A stretch of DNA of 64,000 bases from Eledone cirrhosa. Lineage: Eukaryota. A program made the translations under genes and the position numbers. Shown here one piece after another: positions 11,717 to 23,976 of this stretch. The first letter of the stretch is position 1. Every line of letters starts with the position of its first letter. Location of the stretch: positions 13,826,001 through 13,890,000 of the forward strand of contig OZ024753.1 in assembly GCA_964016885.1 (NCBI GenBank). Reading direction: 5' to 3'. Under the pieces are notes generated by a model that was not told the origin of the DNA, made no database searches, and worked only from the letters and a program-made list of their open reading frames with translations.

Positions 11717-13352
11717 TAACCCCTTTCCCCTGAACCTACAACAGGTTCTATCATATAAAACTGGTTATTTTAAAGTGTTGATATTTATCTAAAAACCTTC
11801 CATCATAATTTCATGTAAGAACCTTTAACCTTTTCATGACTGTATTTCTAAGGAAATACACTCTATTTTAATTAATCAATGAAGAATTTTGAGGGATTTA
11901 CTAAAATGATTAATTATTTAATTACTAAGATACTAACTTAATATAAGGTTCTTATATAAAATTACGGTGAATATTTTAATTTAAATTGGAAACCTTTAAA
12001 ATGGGTGATTTTATTTCATAGAACCAGATCTAGTTTTAGCCAGGTTGGTAATTAAAGGGTTAAGTTGTTCCAAACACCAGATAAGTAATGAGAATGTTAG
12101 CTATATTAATAAATCTCTCCAAATTTTGATTATTTTTAAAATCATGAGGTAGTGTTTTTCATTAGAAATATGGTAAGGAAGGGGATAAAGTGTTTATAGT
12201 TATCTAAAAACCCTCCATCATAATTTTATATATGAATCTTCAAGTTATCTTCCAAACTCCAGCTTACTAATGAGAAAGTTATGTTACTAAATCACTCTAA
12301 ATTCCTGATTATTTTCAAAATGACTTCAAAACTATGAGGTAGTGTATTTCATTAGAAATTGTGGTAACAAATGGGTTAAAAAAAGATAGCGGGGGGTTGT
12401 TTAATTTGAGATAAGTAAGCACAACTTGATGTAACAGCTGGTTTACAGTTAATTAATTCTTCCTAATTCTGATCACTTCAACCATGAAGGGAAAGTGTTT
12501 TCAGTTAACTCTCAAAGTTAGTACACTGCCTTAGGACATGGTGTAATGTTGTTACTGACAATTATTTGAACTCATGATTCCTTGAGTCAAATGTACAAGA
12601 GTTAACCATCCAAAATACAGAATTCTGTGTGGTGAACTAATTCATTTGATATGCAATGTTGTTTAACCTTTTTGCTACCAACTCACCCACTGAAAATTAC
12701 CCCTAATTCTACAATACAAAACAATTTCATTTTAAGGGTTTATCATCATCATCATCACCGTTTAACGTCCATTTTCCATGCTTGCTTAGGTTAGATGGGT
12801 CGTCCAGTTCATGAGACAAGTCTGGCTAGTGACCGCGCTGTTCCTTGTTCAGACAGAACTGTAAAATCCTAACACCAACTATGGTTACAATGAGGAACTG
12901 GATGGCACCGTTATGAGGAGGGACCAGCCAGTTGACCGTGCTGTACCCTGCTCACAGCAGATATATTTAAAAACATTCCATTATAATTTGATGCAAGAAT
13001 CTTTAAATTATTTCCCAAACATCAACATAATAATGAGGAATTTATATTATTAAAATCCCTCCAAATTTTAGATTATTTTCATTAGTAATATGCTAACATA
13101 GTGTTTAAAGTGATTATATTTATCTTAAAATCTTCCAACATAATTTTATGTGATAACCTTTGTTATGTTATGTTCCAAAACACCAGATAAATAATGAAAA
13201 GGTTAGTTATTTTACAAAATCCCTCCAAATTCTTGATTATTTAAAAAAAAAATTAGAAAGATATAGGGACAAAATCTCTCATTAGAAATATGCTAATGAA
13301 AGGGTTAAATACATAGTGTCTCTCATTAAAAATATGGTAACGAAAAGGTTAA
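11717..13352. mobile_element. Cluster of decayed piggyBac-type MITE family 2 copies with an RTE-tail/SINE fragment
   Basis: Repeated ccttccatcataatttt / ttagaaatatggtaa..aaagggttaa segments, homologous to 2282-2530, 42240-42460, 43440-43794 and 57960-58155. Confidence 0.65.
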
Positions 13353-14351
13353 GATAAATAACACAGTTTCCATTTTCTAATGAGTCCCTGTACTCATTGC
13401 GAAGATCTTCACATTATTTTTTTTAAATGTCAAGTCTAACTATGTCTGGTAATTCTCTTAGTAACCCTTCACCCCTGTTTAAATTGGAACTGCTTCTTAA
13501 AGGCTGCACTTCTTTAAGAACAGAAAATACTTCACCCTTGAATAACCCTTTAGCATTTACATTACTCTATATATACTATTATATCTTCACAATAAAGGCT
13601 TTACCTCACATAATATCGAATCTATGAGATCTTGATATTATTTATTTTGAGAAGAATACCTTAACATCAGTGTGACCAACTGGTTACGGCTGGTTTGAAC
13701 AGAGAGAGGTCAAGGAATTCTGGCCGGATACAGCCAGTTTAAATTTAAATGTTAAAGGGATAAACTAGTGAATCATCAGGGGCAGTAGAACATTTAGGCA
13801 ATGTGTTGCTTTATATATTTTGGTTTCTGGCGTTCTATGGTACTTTTCTGGGATTGGAAAATATTTATTTCACTGCTGTCTTTACTATACAATTACAATT
13901 ATTCTTGTGTATCTGCTGCATGCAAAGTTTATCTTTACTGTGAGTGTGCCTACAATACCCCTACAGCTCTGTGTATACCCATACTTTATATTCAGTACAA
14001 TGTGTAGAGCTCCTACTATCTCATTTTCTAAATATTCACTGCAGCCACTTTCATGATGGAATCAGAGTTTTGCCCTCTTTCCTACTTACTAAAACTTGTG
14101 TCTTTGTTAGGTTTACTTCGAGCTCTTTTGATTATAAGTTCTGTTCCAAATTAGGAATTTCTTCTAAAGAGACCATGATAGCATTCAATCAGATGGTTGG
14201 TGTTAGGAAGGGCATCCAACTGTAAAAATCCCAGCCAAAATACAGTTCCGTCTGAGCAAGATATGATACGGACAGCTGGCCAGACTTGTCTCATGACGTG
14301 GCTGCCTTGTCTAACCCATACAAGCATGGAAAAATAGGCGTTAAACAGTGA

Positions 14352-14397
<46 letters not shown>

Positions 14398-15726
14398 TGA
14401 TGGCTACCCCCTCATTATTGAGTATGGCTATTGCACAATATAACATTATTAATGCTATGGTGCAATGCCTCTGCGTGAAGATTTTTGTTAAAGTGAGGAA
14501 AGACTGTGCACTGAGCCAATCCCACTCTCTGAGCGACAGTAGCTATAACCCGAAAAGAAGAAAAGATCAACATCATCGGTAACTACTGAGCCGCAGGTTT
14601 TATATCAGAGTTATCCCAATTTCCTGAGTTGCCTTCTTCTAGAAGAATGCCCTGACAAAGGCTAGGGATCCTTCACTCCCAGTGGTTTAACTGCGCGATC
14701 GGGTGTCCAGCTCAATTATTTCTCTTTCCCCGTGCATATACATACACATGCATACATGTATATATACACATGTATACATGTATATATATATATATATATA
14801 CTCACACATACATAACCCAATATTTTTGTTAACATTATATTTTTTGTTTTGTTTAAATCTTTTGTTATATCTGCTGCATTCCCTTGTAACCCTCCCCACT
14901 CCACCCCAACACTCTTTCCCCTCCCTGACTCCCTTCCTGACCAACTCCTACACACTGTATTATATATATATATATATACATACTTATAAGGTAATATTGT
15001 CTGTCATTCTGAAATATATCTTTGGAAAGAACTAACTCTATCTGTGATCTGTGTAAACAAACACACTGTATTATATATATATATATATACATACTTATAA
15101 GGTAATATTGTCTGTCATTCTGAAATATATCTTTGGAAAGAACTAACTCTATCTGTGATCTGTGTAAACAACTAAAAACAGCAAGTGGGCAGTTTGTGAC
15201 TTTTTTTTTTTATCACTTAACTTTCACTGGCTTGTTACTATTTCTGGGTATTCACCATTACAATCAACAAGTCAGTGATGGTATTATTTTAAATTATGCT
15301 TTTCAACTATAATAGCCAGTCTTCTTGGCTGCGGCAACACCAGCACTAGCAGCAGCAACATAGAAGCTGTGTTAAGGCTGGATAAACACCAGAGTGGCAT
15401 AACTACTTTGACAAACTTACAATATCACACATATATTATTACTATTCCAGCTGAAAGCAGTTTGAAATTATATAAGAGAAATTTAATTAATGATTTGATT
15501 TTGTAGCTCTGAAAAAAACCTTTCGTAGGTATTTTTGCTGGCAAATATTTCGCTGTGGAAAATTTAATTTGGTGTTTAAAAAAAAATGAAAAAAAAAAAA
15601 AATGTGATGCTTTTTGCAAGAATGAAAAATGCTGAAATTATATATGAAATTTAATTAATGATTTTATTGTTCTGACCCCCCTCCCCCCTCCTAAATATAT
15701 ATATTCATATATTTATTTTATTGAGG

Positions 15727-15776
15727 CTTTGTTACTCTGGAGTTTCGCCTGTTTATCACAGGATCATCAGACAAGA
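15727..15776 (-). ncRNA. Minimal type I hammerhead ribozyme, family B
   Basis: Minus strand reads CTTGT-CTGATGA-TCCTGT(GATAA)ACAGGC-GAAAC-TCCAGA-GTA^ACAAAG, followed by AATAAA. It lies in a ~300-bp (TA)n-flanked insert. Confidence 0.7.
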
Positions 15777-16283
15777 ACTAATCTGTCGGCTATATACATA
15801 TATATATCTCCATTCACTGCTATTCACGAACTGAACAAATGCCTAACTAACCTTATTATATACATACAACCAAAAACATAAAAAATAACAACTAATCACG
15901 CCCATCAGAACTATACCTAAAACACACTTCCATGCATAACAATAACCAGACCCATTCTAATTACTGGTACGAAGACAATGAAGATCAGCAGGTTGCAGCT
16001 ATGTTATATATATACAAACATATATTTATTTTTTTTCTTGCAAAATATTTCTGTGGAAAATCAAAGAAAGATTGGAAAAATGTGGTGCTTTTCTTAAACC
16101 TGCTTTCATAAAAAAACAACTCGGAGAAAAAATATTTTCTTTTCTGAAACTGTTTGTTTAAAAAAAAAAAGAAAAAGAAAAGAAAAAAAAAAGCTACCCA
16201 AACATTTTCACGGATTTGATTTATCTGGAGGTTTAAAAGTGTTTGTGATGGGTTTTTATCTTTTGTTATCCTTCACATATCAG

Positions 16284-16481
16284 GTGAACTTCATATAGTA
16301 AATATAAATGTAAATTTGTAAAGGATCATAAATGTGCTGTTACCAGCGATATGGAAGACCCCTTTGTATGAAATATTGCATACAGGATGGACTTCAATAT
16401 AATGAGACTTGCTGCATTTTCCAAAGCTACTGCAGATGTTGTGCTGCCAGTGGTAGTGGTCAATGGGAAATGCAGAATAAG
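16284..16481 (+). CDS. Putative exon (5' UTR plus Cys-rich N-terminal coding segment 16332-16481) of an LD-motif adaptor gene
   Basis: Acceptor ttatccttcacatatcag, donor AAG|gtgagc. ATG at 16332 directly follows an in-frame TAA and opens MCCYQRYGRPLCMKYCIQDGLQYNETCCIFQSYCRCCAASGSGQWEMQNK, ending in phase 0, which matches exon 38178. Non-repetitive sequence. Confidence 0.55.
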
Positions 16482-17124
16482 GTGAGCTGAATGTTATTAC
16501 CTGTTTTGTTAATTGCTAATAACCATCAGTGCACGTCAAGGATTTAAATGGGTTTTTATTTTATTTCAATGTGAACACTTCATTCTTTAACCCTTTAATT
16601 TTCAAACTGGCCAAAACCGGCCAAAATTCTCTACCTCTTTCTGTTGAAACTGGCTGTAACTGGTCACTCAAACTGATGTTAAGGTATTGTTATCAAAAAT
16701 AAATACTTTCAAAATCTCATAGATTCGATATTATGTGAGATAAAGCCTTTACCATGAAAATATAATAGTATATATAGAGTAATGTGAATGGTAAAGGGTT
16801 ATATATATATATACACACACACATATATATATATATATATATGTATCCTGGGTTCAATCAGGGGTGACCACAGTAAGTAAGGTACTCAATACATAGCAGA
16901 GTATAAATATTTAATATAGAAATGGCTTATATATATATATATATATATTACTCTATGTAAGTGGGATACAGACCCCTCAGACTGTCTAGGAGGTCAGTAG
17001 CCCTGCCTCAGTATTGACTTAGTCTATGTAGACCCATCCAACCTTTGCTAACAGGGAAAGTGGACATTAAATGATGATAATTTATATATATATATATATA
17101 TATATGCAGTGTATATATATATAT

Positions 17125-17720
17125 ATATATATATTGTTATTTACTTCATAAAGATTTTTGGTTTTGTCAGAAAAAACAAAAGTATTTTTATAGTGTTTAA
17201 AATTAGAAATGTCGTTAAAGAGTTTGGATTGAAAATTATTGTTGTACTTACGATATTTTAATTCATTTATCACGTTAACTAGGTCTATTTCGACGGTGGC
17301 CATGTCCTTAACCCTAGGCGGGTATTTGCGAGATTTAATATCAAAATAGTCATTAGAATCAGCACAGAATTGTCCATCGAAAATCATCGCCTTCCATCTC
17401 ATTCTTTTTATGACTTGTTCAATTTTATCAATTAATAATTTGGTATAAGTGGTGTTGGAAAGAGTAGGTATATTTTTGATAGAATAATCCAATTCATAAA
17501 GGTCCATGGGGTATGTTGGTTAATTTCCTGAAAGTGTAGAGTGCTTAACTTATCGGGCTGGAAGGTGCCCATCATATATGTAATATAGAATATGCTTCGA
17601 TCATTCCGGGTGGGAGCTGTTTAAATGAAGTATATATATAATCGGGGAACTATATGAATAAAATTGACTTATTTTAGTTAGTCTAGATTATATCCCCACA
17701 AATAGAGATTTTTGGTTTAA
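17125..17720 (-). mobile_element. Penelope-like element (PLE) 5' fragment: N-terminus of the RT ORF plus upstream sequence
   Basis: ORF 17507->: YSIKNIP...LIDKIEQVIKRMRWKA...FVFSDKTKNLYEV, resembling the PLE pre-RT region with its DK motif. Truncated at a (TA)n tract. Confidence 0.75.
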
Positions 17721-18151
17721 CCCTTTAGCATTCACATTACTCTATATATACTATTATATTTTCATGGTAAAGGCTTTACCTCACATAATTATCTCACATA
17801 ATATCGAATCTATGAGATTTTGAAAGTATTTATTTTGAGAACAATACCTTAACATCAGTTTGAGTGACCAGTTACAGCCAGTTTCAACAGAAAGAGGTCG
17901 AGAATTTTGGCCGGTTTAAACATTAAAGGGTTAACCCTTTGACATTTACATTACTCTATATTTAGTATCGTATTTTCACAGTGAACACTTTATCTCACAA
18001 AATAATGAATCTATGAGATTTTGATATTATTTATTTTGAGAACAATACCGTAACATCAGTATGAGTGGCTAGCTACGGCTGGTTTGAACAGAAAGAGGTG
18101 AGAGAATTCTGACCGGATACGGCCGGTTTAAATGCTAATGCGTTAAGTTTA

Positions 18152-18183
<32 letters not shown>

Positions 18184-18422
18184 GGTGGTTAGGGTGTTGA
18201 ACCCATGATCATAAGGTAGCAAGTTGTGTTCTCGAGTAAGATGTTTCATTCCACATTGTTTTTTATCGTAGGATTGGGGCCCTTATTGTTAAAACACTCA
18301 AGAACCCTCATAGAAGTGAAACCTCATAGAAGGCTAGCTAAACCTACATTTTATTGTTTTCCTTTTATCATTTTATTTTTCCGTAAATATAAATTATATA
18401 TATATGTGTGTGTGTGTCTGTC

Positions 18423-18464
<42 letters not shown>

Positions 18465-18574
18465 GTTATTGTCATGGTTTTTATATCTACTTTTCTGTTA
18501 CCTTGCATTGGTTGGGATTTTTTAAGGTAATGTACAGTTCAATGTTTTTCCTCATGCACATCCTTATATAGTGG

Positions 18575-18732
18575 CCGCATTTTATCATGGCACCAGTACT
18601 ACCACTTTACAGAGTGTGTTTGGTACATTTTACCATGGCACCAGTACTACCACTTTACAGAGTGTGTTTGGTACATTTTACCATGGCACCAGTACTACCA
18701 CTTTACAGAGTGTGTTTGGTACATTTTACAGA
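18575..18732 (+). repeat. 48-bp tandem array (~3 copies) derived from the RTE/SINE tail segment
   Basis: Unit ttttaccatggcaccagtactaccactttacagagtgtgtttggtaca. Confidence 0.85.
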
Positions 18733-19109
18733 GCTCTTTTTTGTGGGTTGGGAATTGGTGGTGGTAATTTTTGTGTGGTATGCATTTTTATGAATGTAGC
18801 ATTAAAAAATCTCATTCAGTTTAATATGATAATTTAACCTTTTAGCATTCAAACTGGCTGTATCCGGCCAGAATTCTCTCACCTCTTTCTGTTGAAACTG
18901 GCCATAACTGGCTGCTCATAGCGATGTTAAGGTATTGTTCTCAAAATAAATATCAAAATCTCATAGATTCAATATTATGTTAGATAATTATGTAAGATAA
19001 AGCCTTTACCATGAAAATACAGTATATATAGAGTAATGTAAATGCTAAAGGGTTAACTAGAATTAAATTAATTGAATGGTATATGATAAAATCTTTACCT
19101 TCTGTTAAT

Positions 19110-19493
19110 GGAGGCACATGGCTTAGAGCATTGGCCTTGCAATCAAAAGGTTGTGAGTTCAATTCTCAGACCGGGTGATATGTTGTTTCCTTGAGCAAGA
19201 CACTTTATTTCACATTGCTCCAGTTTACTCAGCTGTAGAAATGAGATGATAGGGACTGGGGTCCATATCATTCCACTGCAAAGTGGTCGTGGAGGTGCCA
19301 CATCCATAAAGCACCCAGCCCACATTGCAAAGTGGACGAGGAGGTGCCACGGAAAAAAAAGCACCCAGCACTCACTGTAAATGAGGTTGGTGTTAGGAAG
19401 GGCATCCAGCTGTAGAAATTAAGCTAGAATCAGTTCCCGTCCCACCCTTGCAAGCAGGGAAAAAGCGGACGTAAAAATGATGATGATGATGAT
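19110..19493 (+). mobile_element. tRNA-derived SINE family A, near full length with (ATG)n tail
   Basis: Head ggaggcacatggcttagagcattggcc...gagttcaattctc, tail cggacgtaaaaatgatgatgat. Confidence 0.88.
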
Positions 19494-21828
19494 CAGAATT
19501 ATCTAGAAAGGTTTGCACCTGTTTGAAAGTAACATTTATTGTTTTATTTAGCATTTATAGTAGTTGATGTGTTTCCTACTGATTAAAATACATAAATCTA
19601 CCAACCATTTTGTGACCATATGTCTAATGAAATACATTATATTTCAATGATTTAACAAAGAATTTTGAGATATTTACTATAACTATTAATTATTTCATTA
19701 CGAAGATAAGGGTCTTATATAAAATAATTGTTTCTACTATTGGCACAAGGCCAGCAATTTCCCCAGTACATTACTGGTACTTTATTTTATCGACCCCGTA
19801 AGGATGAAAGGCAAAGTTAACCTATAATGTTGCAATATTTTAATTTAAAGGAGAGCTCTTTAGAAAGAGTGATTTTGTTTCGTGAAACTAGAAAGGGTTT
19901 GATGCAGTATATACAGGCACAGTTGTTTCATGGCTGCTTTATGCTCTATCAAACATTTAGGACTTGGACCCCTATCATTAAAACAGTAAAAAAAAAAAAA
20001 CCCCAAAAAACCTCCTATAAGCTGTGACCTGACTTTGTAGGAGACCAGCTAGGTGAGAGCTGTAAATTTCATTCTTTTTAAAATCAGATATTTGTTATTG
20101 TCCTTACATTTTTGCCTGTGTAGGTGTGTGTGTGTGTATATATACATATTTTATATATATACACACACACACCACCTCTTTCATGCATTGTATTGTTGTC
20201 CTCTTCCCACAATACAATGTGACAGTTGTTAAGTACAAACTAGTCATCTGGCTAGAGATATTTTTATTTCGTTTTCTTCTATTCAGTTATTCAATTATAT
20301 TTTGTGAAATTATAATTTTGGGTAGGATAGTATTGTAATTCCACACCGCCCCAACTCATATCATCCTCATATTCCTGTTGGTTTTTTCCATGTTTACATG
20401 AGTTGAATGGAATGTTTTGAAGTAATATTTTATGGCTGGATGTCCTACTTGATACCCACTCTATCAGTTGTCTTTAATAACATGCCAGGATATGGTGTCA
20501 GCATCATTATCCTTATTTAACGTCTGCTTTCCCATGCTGGCACAGGTTAGATGAGTAGTCACAGACCAAGTCAGTATTTAATCAGAGTTACTGTCATACC
20601 AGAAGGATCTGGGACCTACATCTTGCTTAACCTTTGAGCATTTAAACTGGCTGTATCCGGCCAGAAATCTCTCACCTTTTTCTGTTCAAACTGGCTGTAA
20701 CTGGCCATTCATATTGATGTTAAGGTATTGTTCTCAAAATAAATAACATCAAAATCTCATAGATTCAATATTGAGATAATTATGTAAGATAAAGCGTTTA
20801 CCTCGAAATACAATAGTAAATATAGTGTAATGAAAATGCTAAAGGGTTAAATACATTCTGACTTTGACATACTTTCAACAGCTGGATGCCCTTTCTATTA
20901 CCAACCATTTTACAGTGTACTGAATGCATTTTATTGTAGCACTGGTATATATTCAAATTAGTGCTAATATTTTATCATGACACTGGGATATATTGTTGAA
21001 GGTTTTTAGATTAATATAAACAGTTTTGTAAGATAGAGCAAGGGGTGGTTTTGGGCACCCTTGGCTCTGTCAAATTGAAAGAGTTAACCCCTTGGTTTCT
21101 AAACTCCTCCGGCTGCCTTTTCTATGGAAACTCATCAGGCTGATGATTAAGGCAGTTTCATCGGTGTTAAGCAACTGAGAGAACAAAGGTTCCCTCTAAA
21201 CCGGATACCAATATATCACAGGGTTAACCCCATCTATTGCTCGTACTCATTTTCAGCTGAGTGTACTGGAGCAATATGAAATTACTGTATATACTGAAAT
21301 GTAAGCCAACCCCACTATTTTATGTCTGAAAAATGGGCACAAATCTAAACCTTATTTACGTAGAATTTGAAGTTGGTAAAAATCATCAAAATATTGACCC
21401 CAAATATAAGTCAACCACCCTCTTCTATCATCAATATTTTGGTTATATATTCCTCTGCTTATATTTGCGTGTATGTAGTAAATGTTTTGTTCAAAAACAT
21501 AGTGCAACCCCAAGTTCTGGAATTGAACCCACATCATTTAAGTTCATTAGTCTGAAGTCCTAACCATTAGGCCACATGCCTTCTGTTAAGTTAAATAAAG
21601 GGCTGAAACATTTGCTTGAGGTGGGGTTTATTCTCTGAAGACCTATTGCTGTTCTGGGAGTTTCTTATCATGATAAACAGTAGATAGATATTTACCACCT
21701 CCTACTGTTGTTGGCTGGTTCAGTAAAGAGACTTCATCTTTGTGTAATGGGGGAAGCTGTTTTGTGGAGTGGTGGTTTATATAGCTTCTCTAATAACAAA
21801 GTATTTTGAGCTAGCATTGCAACTTTAA

Positions 21829-22006
21829 AGAAGCTAAATAAGCCACCAGCTTATTTAGCTTCTCTAATAGCATAAAGTATTTTGAGCTGAGCATTGCAAT
21901 TTCATAAAACCATTTGTCATTTATGTAAATTACATAAATGACAAATGGTTTTATGAAATTGCAATTACATTGTAATACTTGATATTTCTTGTAATATCAA
22001 GTATTA
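21829..22006. repeat. Cluster of three adjacent short palindromes plus a direct duplication
   Basis: agaagctaaataagc / gcttatttagcttct. Arms of ~36 bp, attgcaatttcataaaacc...gtaa / ttac...ggttttatgaaattgcaat. taatacttgatatt / aatatcaagtatta. Confidence 0.88.
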
Positions 22007-22699
22007 GACACCTCACTCATGCTCACACACACACACATACATATGCACAAACACACACATGCTCACACACATGCACACACATACATTCAAATATATATTA
22101 TTCTTTTACTGGTTTCAGTCATTAGACTGTGGTCATTCTGGAGCACCACACTTTTGCTAGTTTCACTCACTGTGGCCATGCTGGGATACCACAGTCTTTT
22201 ACTGGTTTCAGTCATTAGACTGTGGCCATGCTTGGGCACCACACTCTTTTACTGGTTTCAGTCATTAGACTGTGGCCATGCTGGGGCACCACACTCTTTT
22301 ACTGGTTTCACTCATTAGACTCTGGTCAGGCTGGCGCACCACTTTAAAAATGAAATGAAATTGATCACATTAGCAGGTTTAGCTGGCCTCCTTACAAGGC
22401 CTTTATGGGAGGTTTCTTAGCTGTTTTAATAATAGACTTCTGTCCTATTACAAACAGCAACATGAAATGAAGTGTCTTGCTCAAGAACACAATGAGCCAC
22501 CTGATTGAAGACTCAAACCCATGTAATTATAATTGTGGTTCCAGTACCCTAACATCTAGGCCGTATGCCTGCTATAAAGGAATTTAGTTGATCATATCAA
22601 CCCCAGTACTTATTTTATTGAGCTCTTTTCGTTGAACTGCTAAGTCATTGAGGGAGAGTGACATAAATGCAGATACAGACGCAAATGTAAACACAGCCA

Positions 22700-23131
22700 C
22701 ACACATCCATGTACATATGACAGGCTTCCAAGCAATTGCTGCCTACAAAACACACACCCATGTACATATGACAGGCTTTCAAGCAATTGCTGCCTACAAA
22801 ACACACACCCATGTACATATGACAGGCTTTCAAGCAATTGCTGCCTACAAAACACACACACACCCATATACATATGACAGGCTTCCAAGCAATTGCTGCC
22901 TACAAAACACACACACACCCATATACATATGGCAGGCTTCCAAGCAATTGCTGCCTACAAAACACACACACACACCCATATACATATGACAGGCTTCCAA
23001 GCAATTGCTGCCTACAAAACACACACACACACCCATATACATATGACAGGCTTCCAAGCAATTGCTGCCTACAAAACACACACACACACACCCATATACA
23101 TATGACAGGCTTCCAAGCAATTGCTGCCTAC

Positions 23132-23185
<54 letters not shown>

Positions 23186-23490
23186 TACATATGACAGGCT
23201 TCCAAGCAATTTCTGCCTACAAAACACACACACAAACACACATACATACATATGACAGGCTTCCAAGCAATTTCAGAGCCTACAAAACACACACACACAC
23301 ACACACACATACATACATATGATAGGCTTCCAAGCAATTTCAGAGCCTACAAAACATACACACACACACACATACAATATGACAGGCTTCCAAGCAATTT
23401 CTGCCTACAAAACATACACACACATACAATATGACAGGCTTCCATGCAATTTCTGCCTACATAATATACACATGTATATATGATAGGCTT
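22700..23490. repeat. ~50-55-bp compound minisatellite with variable (CA)n
   Basis: Unit catatgacaggcttccaagcaattgctgcctacaaaacacacac... Confidence 0.92.
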
Positions 23491-23976
23491 CCAAGCAGTT
23501 TCTGTCTACCAAATTTCATTCACAAGTGAAACAGAATGTTACTATATTCTATATTAAGGGCAGTGTTAGCGAATCAGAAAGAAATGCTATGCAGTGTTTC
23601 TCCTGGCTCTAAACTTTCTGAGTTCAAATCCCACCAAGGTCAACTTTCTCTTTAATCATTGTGAGGTCAATATTATAAAACAGCAGTCAATATAATCAGC
23701 TTTCCCTTTCCTCCCCCAAATTTCTCACCTCGGGCCTGAATTAGAAAACAACATTTTCATTATTAGGTCTAATTATATTTGGAATGTTAATTCATGGCCT
23801 CTTTTTTACAGTTATCTATTGTTTATATAGCTATTCTATCACTGTTTGTTGTATGGCTGAAAGAATTTACTCACATCACATGAATATCTTTCTATCACAG
23901 ATTGGTATTTCATTGCATTGACATTCTATGTCTGCTTTCTCTGCTGGCATTAGCTGGGCGGATCATCACTCAGGAT

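Noticed and set aside
16387-16481. Alternative frame MDFNIMRLAAFSKATADVVLPVVVVNGKCRI in the 16284 exon
   Set aside because: Ends in phase 2 and so does not join the phase 0 LD exon in frame. Kept only as a possible upstream ORF.
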